Shown piece by piece: positions 38,297 to 46,753 of a stretch of DNA of 64,000 nucleotides. The DNA is from a virus. The stretch lies in the IMG/VR virus record IMGVR_UViG_3300031414_000008, positions 64,001 through 128,000 of that record; one strand, given 5' to 3'. Every line of letters starts with the position of its first letter. The stretch's first letter is position 1. Made by a program: the position numbers and the translations under genes. The notes beneath the pieces were generated by a model, which worked only from the letters and a program-made list of their open reading frames with translations, ran no database searches and was not told where the DNA came from.

Positions 38297-39067
38297 ATGC
38301 AAAAACAATCATCTTTTATCTTCACGGCACTCGGTGGTCACGTTCTCCAGAACATTGCCGGTGCCAAGCTCGTAAAGTCTAAGGGTTTCCTCGAAGGGAC
38401 GGCGAAAGCCCTCCTCTCGGGAACACTTGCCCGTAATGCCCGACAGGGTACTCTGAAGGAAGGTCTGAAGTCGGCGGTGACGTCGGTGGCAGCACCTGAA
38501 GCTATCATGGCTCAGCGTCGTGCCTACGAGGCCGGGCGTTCACTCTACTCCCGTGCTCGTGCTCTGGGCGTGGATCCGAACAAGCTTACCAAACGTGATG
38601 CGGCGAAGCTCCGTATGGTGGCAGAAGGTCGTCTTCCGGATAAGCAGAAGACGACCCTGACTGAGAAGGCCCGGAGCATGATCGGTGGGAACACCCTTCC
38701 GCCGAAGACGATCAAGGCTGACATGATCAAGGAAGTAACGGAACGTCCGGTCGGTAAGCTTGGCCCTCACTCATCTATTGCGACGATCGGTGCGAACACG
38801 GCCGCGACAGTCCTCGAGCCAGGGGTTGGTCTGCTGAACGCCGCGAAGTTCGGTACCGAATCCAAGGCCTTCCAGAACACTGCTCTGGGCCGTTACGTTG
38901 AGAAGAACTTTGTTCACAAGCCACTCTCCGGGGCTTTCAAGTCCGGTGCTGAAGGTCAGGCCATGAACAAGCTCAAGAGCTTCGGCTACACGTACGGCGT
39001 CAACGGTGCAATCGGTAAAGCCATCGAGGGCGCCCACAAAGCCGGTACTAAAATGCCTAAGAAATAA
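38297..39067 (+). CDS. basic Ala/Gly/Lys-rich protein (candidate virion-internal)
   Basis: starts MQKQSS; composition like downstream KxA proteins. Confidence 0.6.
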   Translation: MQKQSSFIFTALGGHVLQNIAGAKLVKSKGFLEGTAKALLSGTLARNARQGTLKEGLKSAVTSVAAPEAIMAQRRAYEAGRSLYSRARALGVDPNKLTKRDAAKLRMVAEGRLPDKQKTTLTEKARSMIGGNTLPPKTIKADMIKEVTERPVGKLGPHSSIATIGANTAATVLEPGVGLLNAAKFGTESKAFQNTALGRYVEKNFVHKPLSGAFKSGAEGQAMNKLKSFGYTYGVNGAIGKAIEGAHKAGTKMPKK

Positions 39068-39192
39068 GGTATAAGTACTGTGTAAAAGAGGAGTATTATC
39101 ATGGCAGGTTGGACACTAATCGTAGTATGTGCACTCGTGGCATACTGGATGTGGAATCAGTAAGGAGCTTCGGCTCCTTTTTAGGAGACGCT

Positions 39193-39336
39193 ATGTACAA
39201 GCACAATCGCGGAGTGATCAAGGAGAGTGCCGTGAAGGCCATTCTCCAAGATCCTCTTTTTAGCCAGAAAGTGGAAAAGCCCAAGAAGGGCAAGGGCTCT
39301 TACCGTCGGGTTAAAGCGGTAAAGGCTTACCTTTAA
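39193..39336 (+). CDS. arfA: alternative ribosome-rescue factor ArfA, short form (47 aa)
   Basis: [38 protein letters not shown] aligns with E. coli ArfA [36 protein letters not shown]; AGGAG RBS. Confidence 0.92.
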   Translation: MYKHNRGVIKESAVKAILQDPLFSQKVEKPKKGKGSYRRVKAVKAYL

Positions 39337-39481
39337 ACTTAATCACCCGGGTGGGGCTCAGGTACTTCTTCGCCTTCGCGGCTAGAGTCCCCACCGAACC
39401 TTCACGAATCGCCTTCGGCCCGGGCTTCCGGGAGTTGGCGGCAATGCTGTAGTTGCTGGCAAATCTTGCTGGATTCTCCAT
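39311..39481 (-). CDS. possible small basic protein, antisense
   Basis: GGAGGT RBS 4 nt before ATG on the minus strand; 56 aa. Confidence 0.4.
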   Translation of the reverse strand: MENPARFASNYSIAANSRKPGPKAIREGSVGTLAAKAKKYLSPTRVIKFKGKPLPL

Positions 39482-39545
39482 ACGTACCTCCAAATTGATT
39501 TTATCCCGTTCTCCCTGTATAGTCGAGGAAAACAGGAGACTCCCT

Positions 39546-40025
39546 ATGAACTACTACGTAAGTGCCTTCTCTTGGCGTAACCTCCCCAAGTTCCCGATCG
39601 ACATCGAAGACTTCACTCAGTTCCATCCGTGCTACGACCTCCTCGAAGAGAAGCTGCGGGAGAATCCCAACGCGTACTTCACCATCCAGATCACCCTGGA
39701 GGAGGAAAACCCTGAGGACGATCAACAGTTTATCATCCAGTACCGCTACGCCGAACCCGGTAAAATCAATGCCATCCTATGCAATGACAAGGAGCAGTGT
39801 CTGCACGACAACTACCTCCTGTTCATTACAGCGGAGCACAAACTTAAAGGTGTGCCAATTGACGCCCAGGCTGAAGAAGATCCCGAAGACATTGTTAAAA
39901 TCATCTTAGAATATGGCGGACACATCGCCCAAGGCATCCAGTGGGCCGCCTTCCTTCTACGGGAGAACGGTGAGCGGGGCCTTACTCAGTATTTCGATGA
40001 TTTACCAACACAGGAGCTCCACTAA
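39546..40025 (+). CDS. acidic hypothetical protein
   Basis: AGGAG RBS; TTGATT..TATAGT upstream. Confidence 0.6.
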   Translation: MNYYVSAFSWRNLPKFPIDIEDFTQFHPCYDLLEEKLRENPNAYFTIQITLEEENPEDDQQFIIQYRYAEPGKINAILCNDKEQCLHDNYLLFITAEHKLKGVPIDAQAEEDPEDIVKIILEYGGHIAQGIQWAAFLLRENGERGLTQYFDDLPTQELH

Positions 40026-41830
40026 TGACTGAAAGCACGAAGACGCTGAACTCCACGGCGTCTACTCTCAAGAAGAACCCTGGACGCATTGGCCGATTGG
40101 TCAAGGCAGCCAAGCTTCTGATCGTGCCTCCTAAACAGTACGCCACCGGTAAGTCCAAAGAGTTGCTCGAAGCAGCTGTCGCTAAGCTCAAGGCCAAGCG
40201 GGGACTTAACGGGGTCGTCGGGGAAGGTGCGGGTCCGTTCTCGGACAAAGCCCTGCAGAAATCTGCAGCGGATGAAGGCAAGACGATGGTCGCAGGTACC
40301 GCAGCCGGTGCCTTGACCGCTAACGCTATCGCCGGACCGATTCGTTCAGCGAAGGCGGATAGTCATCTCAGCCGTATGCATAAGACTAAACGTGACAAAG
40401 ACTTCAAGAAGGTCCTTGCCGGCAAGATGCCGAAGCGGGATACCTTGAAGTTCGATGATACTGCAGGTCGCCGTATCGGTAAGGTTCTAAAGAAGAGCGT
40501 CCGGTACACTACCGGTAAGGGTGCGGCAGCAGGTGCAGTACTGACGGGAGCCGCGTTGCTCGGCCGTCAAATGAAAAAAGAGGCTAGCATGAACAAAGAA
40601 GCAGTAGACAAATCAACGAAGGACAAGGCCCTGGCGGCTTCGGCAGTCGGTTCCGGTGCGGCACTGGGAGGCGTACTGACTCATGACGCGAAGAAGTCTC
40701 GTGTGGCTTCCCGCCTGGGCACTAAGGGTGCGTACAAGCACATGGCCAATCCTTCGGTAGAGGGTGCAGCGAAGCGTCTGGCGGACTCTGCCAAGACGAT
40801 GCGTCGTATGGGTAAACCACTGAAGCGTGCTGGCATTAAGGGTGCGATCGTGGGTGGTCTGGCCGGTGCCGCACTGGGTGCCGCTCACCTGAAGAAGGAA
40901 GCGGAAGTCGTCGATATGGCGGCTGAACGTAACAAGCGTGCCGCTGACAAGATGTCTCAGTCACAGAAGACCTTCAAAGCGATGAAGGGTCGTGGCGAAG
41001 CCGCTAAGAAGCTGGCCAGTAAAGCTAAGCTGAAAGGTGCGGGTAAGCTCGGTCTGGCTGCCGCTGCAGGCGCTGCAGTTGGTGCTGCAGTAGCTGGCCA
41101 CAAGAAAGAAGCAGGCATCCTGAACTCCCGTACCGTTCAGCAACGTGGTGCCCAAGCCCTCAAGGTTCTGAAGCGTGCCCAGAGCATTGAGAAAGTCAAA
41201 GTGGATCGTCTCAAGAGTCACGCTAAGAAAGGCCTGGTAGGCGGTGCGATCGTCGCTGGCGGCGTTGCCGTGACCAAGAAAAATGAGGAGCTGAAGAAGC
41301 AAGCCGCTGCCCTCGTGATCAAGGACGGCAAGAAGTACCGTAAGGGTACTGTGGGTTCAGCAGCTTCTAAGGTTGCGACCGCGGCAGGTGTCGTCTCTGC
41401 TCTGCGTGGGCGTAACCTCAAGGGTGTCGCGAAGTCTGTCCTGAAGGGTGGAGCACTGGGTGGTGCCTACGGTACCGTTCGTGGCGCTAACCGTCTGCGT
41501 AAAGGCGAAGTGTCTCTGTCCAAGGACGAGATGAAGAAGCTGACCAAGAAGGCCGCCGAGCTGCTACACCACAATGGTCAAGACATTCGTCGTGGAACCA
41601 TCGGTTCTGCAGCCGGTAAGATGGCCCTGACCGGTGCTGGCCTCGGTGCCCTGGCGGGTCTGGCGGCAGGTCCGGTCGGGATGGTTGCCGGTGGTGCTAT
41701 CGGCGGATTTAACGGTGCGGTCACCGGCGGTCTGTACGGTATTGCCCGTGGCGCTCTGCGTTCACAGGACGGGGAAGTCTCAATGGATCCAACGAAGTTC
41801 GATAAACTGAAGGCGAAGGTATCTAAATGA
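40025..41830 (+). CDS. modular basic Gly/Ala-rich protein with repeated KKxA junctions
   Basis: KKEAS, KKEAE, KKEAG, KKQAA and KKAAE separate Gly/Ala hydrophobic modules. Confidence 0.7.
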   Translation: MTESTKTLNSTASTLKKNPGRIGRLVKAAKLLIVPPKQYATGKSKELLEAAVAKLKAKRGLNGVVGEGAGPFSDKALQKSAADEGKTMVAGTAAGALTANAIAGPIRSAKADSHLSRMHKTKRDKDFKKVLAGKMPKRDTLKFDDTAGRRIGKVLKKSVRYTTGKGAAAGAVLTGAALLGRQMKKEASMNKEAVDKSTKDKALAASAVGSGAALGGVLTHDAKKSRVASRLGTKGAYKHMANPSVEGAAKRLADSAKTMRRMGKPLKRAGIKGAIVGGLAGAALGAAHLKKEAEVVDMAAERNKRAADKMSQSQKTFKAMKGRGEAAKKLASKAKLKGAGKLGLAAAAGAAVGAAVAGHKKEAGILNSRTVQQRGAQALKVLKRAQSIEKVKVDRLKSHAKKGLVGGAIVAGGVAVTKKNEELKKQAAALVIKDGKKYRKGTVGSAASKVATAAGVVSALRGRNLKGVAKSVLKGGALGGAYGTVRGANRLRKGEVSLSKDEMKKLTKKAAELLHHNGQDIRRGTIGSAAGKMALTGAGLGALAGLAAGPVGMVAGGAIGGFNGAVTGGLYGIARGALRSQDGEVSMDPTKFDKLKAKVSK

Positions 41831-42498
41831 GTAAAGAAAGCGCCAAGAACGAAGGACGTAAATCGGCGCTAGCAGGGGCGGCTTCGGCCGTCCTCGCTTC
41901 CAAGTCGTCGAAGAACATCCTCGGCTATGAGAAAGTTCACCACGGCACCCAAACACTCTCCGCAGCACAGAGTATTCGGGAGAAAGGAATTCTCAAGCGT
42001 CATTCCGGGTCGGGGATAGCTAAAGATGACATTGCCCTAGGTCATTTATCGCCGAAAGAGGCTAAAGGTAAGGTTTACACGAGTACGAGCAAACATCTTG
42101 CGGACGCTCATCGTCCTAAGATGGGGGCTATGCACATGGGTGATCGAGTGACGGCCCGTATGCCATACCGAGCGAAGCACCGTTTGGGAGAAGACACCGT
42201 ATTCGCCAATGCTGCCAAAGGTAAGATCGGAGATCCTTCCGATGTAGCCCCTGCTAAGCGAGCGTTGAAGACACTTCGTATTTACAAGCATGACGTGAAA
42301 CCCCGTTTCATCGTCGGTGGTGCACACGATGGCGGTCGTCGTCAGTTCGCAACCAAGGGTAACATGCGTCGGTACCTCTCCCAGGCCGGCGGTAAAGCCC
42401 GTTTCGCTAAGGGTGTTGCCCAGGCAGCCGGTGCGGTCGGTGGCGGCATGTACGCCGTGGCCAAAGCGATCCAAGCCCGGAAGGAGGCGAAGAAATGA
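41827..42498 (+). CDS. basic protein with ADP-ribosyltransferase-like HGT motif
   Basis: HHGT...A.SI.EKGI...G...VYTS....A. Confidence 0.55.
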   Translation: MSKESAKNEGRKSALAGAASAVLASKSSKNILGYEKVHHGTQTLSAAQSIREKGILKRHSGSGIAKDDIALGHLSPKEAKGKVYTSTSKHLADAHRPKMGAMHMGDRVTARMPYRAKHRLGEDTVFANAAKGKIGDPSDVAPAKRALKTLRIYKHDVKPRFIVGGAHDGGRRQFATKGNMRRYLSQAGGKARFAKGVAQAAGAVGGGMYAVAKAIQARKEAKK

Positions 42499-42881
42499 GT
42501 TTGTACAAGTACGCCAAGACCTTGAACGAAATCAAAGAGGAACGTTCTCACCGTAACCGCCGTCTGAAGGCGGCCCCGTACATCGTAGGCGGACTGGCGG
42601 GGGCGGCTTCGATCGCCCACGACACGACCCGCAAGACCGGAGCCTCACAGATGAAGTGGAAAGGCGGGAAGCTGACGAAGGTTCCTCAGCGTCAGTACCA
42701 CTTGCTGCGTAACGGCGGTGCATCCATCGGTAAACACGTGGAGAACTCCGTGATGCGTGCAGCACCTAAGGCCGCTGCTGCCGGTTTCCTGACAGCCGGT
42801 GCCGGCGCTCTGTATAAGTACGTTGCAGAGGAACGAGCTCGTCGTCAAGAGAAAGCACGACGTGCGGAACTCGCTAAATAA
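42495..42881 (+). CDS. basic KxA-motif protein
   Basis: starts MSLYKYAK; Gly/Ala hydrophobic segments. Confidence 0.65.
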   Translation: MSLYKYAKTLNEIKEERSHRNRRLKAAPYIVGGLAGAASIAHDTTRKTGASQMKWKGGKLTKVPQRQYHLLRNGGASIGKHVENSVMRAAPKAAAAGFLTAGAGALYKYVAEERARRQEKARRAELAK

Positions 42882-43101
42882 GGCCCTTCGGGGCCTTTTT
42901 AGTGGTATAAGTATAGTGGAGGTAACCTATGTTACTAGAAAAACTGCTCGACCTGTATAACCGGGGTGATCTCGAGGCTCTTCGACAGGCTGTCATTGAG
43001 AATCAAGACACACTGACTTTCAACGCAAATCTCTTGGTATCTTACCCAGACTTCACGGCCCAGTGCCTTAAAATTCTGGAAGAAACCAAGAGGAATTCTT
43101 C

Positions 43102-43872
43102 ATGATCAAGTACGCGTATAAACTGGCGGATTTCGCCAAAGGGATCAAAGCAGTCCGGGCCAAGGGATTGGTCCACCGCCGCAACCTCACCGTCCACATG
43201 GACCCGGATGCCGCAAAGGTAACGATGCCGACCACTAAGGGCCAGGGTAACGGTCCGATGGCGTTAACCATGCACGGCAAAGACATCTCCGGTCACCGAG
43301 AGGGCTGGCATGTTGACTTAAATTCTCACCGGAAGGGTATCTACGCCCGCGGTCAGGCCCATAACGTTCTGAACGATGTCCACAAATCGATGCACCCTCA
43401 CGGCATTGACAGTAAGAGTATGAGCGGGGGCGACCGTAAGGCGGCCAACCACATCGTTCTTCGTCATGAAATGGATGAGCACCGTGCCTTGAAAGACTTG
43501 CGGAAGCACCACAAGAACAACAACGGTAGCTCCTTCGTCGGAACCTCTCACTTGGCCCCGTCTGTTCTGCTCCGTGAGAGCAACAACGTGGCTAAGCTCG
43601 GGGCCGGTACCCGCAGTAAAGAACTCTACCACAAGGCTAAAGGTCTCATGGTTTCAACGCGTCGTTCAAGCGGAGAAGCCGATCACCTGAAAGGTATGAT
43701 CGAGAGTTACCAGGCACCGAAGCGTAAGAACGTGGTGTTCAAGAACCATAAGCCAACTCACGCTCCGATGAACTATGAGTATGGTAAGACTCGACTCTCC
43801 CGTCACGCGATCAAGGCGATGGACAAGGCGTCGATCCGTCAAGGCCACACCGTGGTCGTGCCGAAGAGTTGA
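43102..43872 (+). CDS. basic His-rich KxA-motif protein
   Basis: starts MIKYAY; RHEMDEH..SHL..LLRESNNV. Confidence 0.6.
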   Translation: MIKYAYKLADFAKGIKAVRAKGLVHRRNLTVHMDPDAAKVTMPTTKGQGNGPMALTMHGKDISGHREGWHVDLNSHRKGIYARGQAHNVLNDVHKSMHPHGIDSKSMSGGDRKAANHIVLRHEMDEHRALKDLRKHHKNNNGSSFVGTSHLAPSVLLRESNNVAKLGAGTRSKELYHKAKGLMVSTRRSSGEADHLKGMIESYQAPKRKNVVFKNHKPTHAPMNYEYGKTRLSRHAIKAMDKASIRQGHTVVVPKS

Positions 43873-43924
43873 TCTACCGCTTTTTAGCTGGTAAGATCTT
43901 TCCGACTACTCACAGGAGAACACT

Positions 43925-44152
43925 ATGAAAGACCAACACACCAAGATTAAAGGCTATCGTGATCTGGACCAATGGGATATCGACACCATGAATCGCATCA
44001 AGGACGCCGGTAACGCACTGGGCGCTCTGATCGAAGACCTGCAGGCCCAAGAGGGTATCGATCAAGTCTTCCTGGCGACCGGTAAGGCCGACGTCCAGAA
44101 AGGTCTGGCGATGATCATCCGTTCGATTGCCCAACCGTCAACGTTCTGCTAA
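43925..44152 (+). CDS. acb2: anti-CBASS sponge protein Acb2 (T4 Vs.4-like)
   Basis: QHTKIKGYRDL...MNRIK...GKADVQKG..IIRSIAQP matches the Acb2 pattern. Confidence 0.92.
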   Translation: MKDQHTKIKGYRDLDQWDIDTMNRIKDAGNALGALIEDLQAQEGIDQVFLATGKADVQKGLAMIIRSIAQPSTFC

Positions 44153-44291
44153 TGTACGATTGGTTGGCGGTAATTATGCTCTACGTCTGCATGGGTACGA
44201 TGCTCTGTGCGGCGATGAGGGAATGTCAGAGGGCCGGGAAATCGGGACCCCTTATCGAATTCATTGGTAACTCATTCATTCCGTAAATCCT

Positions 44292-44314
44292 AAAGCTCCT
44301 TCGGGAGCTTTTTT
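44292..44314 (+). terminator. intrinsic terminator
   Basis: AAAGCTCC-TTCG-GGAGCTTTTTT. Confidence 0.85.
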
Positions 44315-44325
44315 ACATTTAGGGG

Positions 44326-44355
44326 TTGACACCCTGTTCGCCACTCGGTTATGAT
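44326..44355 (+). promoter_or_regulatory. sigma70-type promoter
   Basis: TTGACA-18-TATGAT. Confidence 0.65.
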
Positions 44356-44359
44356 CAGT

Positions 44360-44520
44360 CCATCGCTCCCTGGTACGTGGGAGGATAAAACGGCAGCGGA
44401 TCTCACTGGGCCCTCTCTTTGAAGATCACTGATAACGTACAAGGCAGGGTTTTTCATAGGGTTGCTCCCTCGGTTTTTACCCCTTAGCCGGTAGTCACGC
44501 CGGTGCCGACAGAGTGATGG
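44360..44520 (+). ncRNA. candidate ~160 nt closed-stem RNA upstream of tRNA-Asn
   Basis: CCATCGCT pairs with AGTGATGG; no ORF. Confidence 0.4.
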
Positions 44521-44523
44521 TGC

Positions 44524-44599
44524 GGTTCTGTAGCTCAGCGGTTAGAGCGCTCGCCTGTTAAGCGAGGGGTCGATGGTTCAAATCCATCCAGTTCCGCCA
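44524..44599 (+). tRNA. tRNA-Asn(GTT)
   Basis: loop CTGTTAA, CCA; two U.U mismatches in acceptor stem. Confidence 0.88.
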
Positions 44600-44622
44600 A
44601 ATATTTCAACCAGGAGAAGATA

Positions 44623-44925
44623 ATGGCACATATCGTTGGTCAACTTACTGCAGCAGAACCTAAGGGTCCTGCTTACACGCTGGAAAGTCTGGAGAACCAC
44701 GCGACTCACGTTCGCACAAACACTCTGGACATCAACGCGGGACTGCGTAAAGTCTTAACTCTTCTCCGCGGTGAGGAGCTCTGTGGTCAGGGACTCAGTG
44801 AATCCACCCCGGTCTGTGGCAAATTGGCAGAGATCTCGGTTATTCTGCAAGGCACTCGCAGCAATCAGGATGAAACCTTCCGATTGGTCGCTGAGTTGCA
44901 GAGTTTGTTAAATGTTGACGCCTGA
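44623..44925 (+). CDS. hypothetical protein
   Basis: 100 aa ORF, AGGAG RBS. Confidence 0.6.
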   Translation: MAHIVGQLTAAEPKGPAYTLESLENHATHVRTNTLDINAGLRKVLTLLRGEELCGQGLSESTPVCGKLAEISVILQGTRSNQDETFRLVAELQSLLNVDA

Positions 44926-44956
44926 ACAGAGTAGGGCGTACGAGAAGTTAAGCGTT

Positions 44957-45041
44957 GGGGCGGTGGCGGAATTGGCAGACGCACTGGATTTAGGTTCCAG
45001 CGGGGCAACCCGTGAGAGTTCAAGTCTCTCCCGCCCTACCA
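44957..45041 (+). tRNA. tRNA-Leu(TAG)
   Basis: loop TTTAGGT, variable arm, CCA. Confidence 0.93.
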
Positions 45042-45044
45042 AAG

Positions 45045-45128
45045 CCGAGAGTGGTGAAGTGGAAAACACAGGTGACTTAAAATCATCCGCTTAAATGCTC
45101 GAGGGTTCGAATCCCTCCTCTCGGACCA
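45045..45128 (+). tRNA. tRNA-Leu(TAA)
   Basis: loop CTTAAAA, variable arm, CCA. Confidence 0.9.
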
Positions 45129-45216
45129 AAGAGCTTATTTGCCCGCGTACGGTGAGGACGAAACCAGTTTACTGGGGCGTGCCAATTAACTACGGTGCGG
45201 GGCCAAATAAGCTTTT

Positions 45217-45292
45217 GCTTCAATAGCTCAGTTGGTAGAGCAACCGCCTTGTAAGCGGTAGGTCGTGGGTTCGAAGCCTACTTGGAGCACCA
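45217..45292 (+). tRNA. tRNA-Thr(TGT)
   Basis: loop CTTGTAA, CCA. Confidence 0.93.
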
Positions 45293-45431
45293 TGGACATA
45301 GTGAAAGACAGCCTAGTGAAAGACGGAAAGTTGATCGTCCACATAGGCCGAGAGGACATTGACGGGACACGTTTCTTCCTGTTAACGCCGGAGACGGCCG
45401 TCGAAGTCCGCAAGTTAATCGATAAGTTTCT

Positions 45432-45508
45432 GGATGGACAGGGAGAAGATACTGGGGCAGGCGCCAGCAAGGTATCTGAGTGAGGTTCGATTCCTTACAC
45501 ATCCACCA
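45432..45508 (+). ncRNA. tRNA-like RNA (acceptor, T arm and CCA; no D or anticodon cloverleaf)
   Basis: GGATG/CATCC-A-CCA, TGAGG-TTCGATT-CCTTA, internal AGATAC/GTATCT stem. Confidence 0.6.
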
Positions 45509-45509
45509 T

Positions 45510-45584
45510 GCATCACAAGTGTTGTCGGTGGCACAGCGTCCTTCCAAGTCGCAGGGACCGGTTCGAGACCGGTGTGATGCTCCA
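45510..45584 (+). tRNA. tRNA-Gly(TCC)
   Basis: loop CTTCCAA, CCA. Confidence 0.9.
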
Positions 45585-45648
45585 AATTAGTCTCCTAGCC
45601 AGGTAGTCCTGGTGAATTCCGGCAATGTAGTCGGAAGGGAGCACAAAC

Positions 45649-45724
45649 GGTAGTGTAGCTCAGTTGGCAGAGCGACTCCCTCATAAGGAGGAGGTCGGTG
45701 GTTCAATCCCACCCATTACCACCA
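45649..45724 (+). tRNA. tRNA-Met or Ile2 (CAT)
   Basis: loop CTCATAA, G1-C72, CCA. Confidence 0.88.
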
Positions 45725-45828
45725 GATAGTTGATGCAGTGCCCGTAATGGAGGTGATCACTATCTTGATGGTCCTAATGGACAAGTCCTGCAGTACCGCC
45801 GCGAGGCAGCACACAGGGGCGAACCAAT

Positions 45829-45903
45829 TGCGAGGTAGAGAAGCGGCATCTTGCCAGCCTCATAAGCTGGAGATCGGTGGTTCGAGTCCACCTCTCGCAT
45901 CCA
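45829..45903 (+). tRNA. tRNA-Met(CAT), possibly initiator-like
   Basis: loop CTCATAA, acceptor TGCGAGG, CCA. Confidence 0.85.
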
Positions 45904-45975
45904 ACAGATCAGCCGAACCGATGTACCATTAATAGTGCACTAAGTGCCTTAATGATCGTTTTATGGTACATCGGT

Positions 45976-46051
45976 GCGGCCGTATCCTAAGTGGCAAGGA
46001 CCCAGGTTGTGATCCTGGTCTACGTGGTTTCGATTACCACCGGTCGCCCCA
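45976..46051 (+). tRNA. tRNA-His(GTG)
   Basis: loop TTGTGAT, C73, CCA. Confidence 0.88.
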
Positions 46052-46206
46052 AACAGGAGATTCCTATGAAGCCTTACGGTTTGAAGCTCGGCGGAAACCC
46101 AGGTTGTAACTGCGGTCGATGTCGTCGTCGTGGTTGGCGTGAAGGCGCTACTCAGAATACAATCTGCAAGTCTTCCGCACGACAGGAAGCAAAGCGTATC
46201 ATCAAT

Positions 46207-46280
46207 GGCGAGTTGGCAGAGTGACTATGTGCTCGGTTGCAACCCGAGTTAGAGAGGTTAGAATCCTCTACTCGCCTCCA
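46207..46280 (+). tRNA. tRNA-Cys(GCA)
   Basis: loop TTGCAAC, U73, CCA; T loop TTAGAAT. Confidence 0.88.
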
Positions 46281-46287
46281 AATTAAG

Positions 46288-46316
46288 TTGACACTTCAGT
46301 ACATTCCTCGTACTAT
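46288..46316 (+). promoter_or_regulatory. sigma70-type promoter
   Basis: TTGACA-17-TACTAT. Confidence 0.7.
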
Positions 46317-46323
46317 TCTCTCT

Positions 46324-46397
46324 GGGGGCTTCGTCTAGTGGTAAGACAACAGCTTCCAAACCTGATAACCGGCGTTCGATTCGTCGAGCCCCTGCCA
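46324..46397 (+). tRNA. tRNA-Trp(CCA)
   Basis: loop TTCCAAA, G73, CCA; weak anticodon stem. Confidence 0.8.
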
Positions 46398-46753
46398 GAG
46401 AGAACACTATGCAAATCCTTAAAGCTGTAGACCTCCTGCATGATGCCGGAGCCATCACTACCGAATTTCATACTCAAGTTCATGCTGCGAGCAAGGACAA
46501 ACCGTCTTTGTACTTAACGCTCATCGTCAAGGTACTTGAGATCATCGTCAAAGTCGTGAAGTACCTCGCGGAGAAACGCAAATGAACTACGAACAGTTAA
46601 AGAAAGACGTCCACGCCATCTATTTAACCGGAGAGATTCCGCAGTGGGTGGCACTCTACGTCATGGGCTTGAAGCCTTCTAAGCGTTGGATCATCACGAA
46701 GCTCCACCTCGGGATCCAGTTCATCGTGAAGAAGATCCTGGAAGACATTAAGA

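Noticed and set aside
45145-45170. Hammerhead ribozyme suggested by GTGAGGACGAAAC
   Set aside because: The required CTGAnGA core is absent upstream
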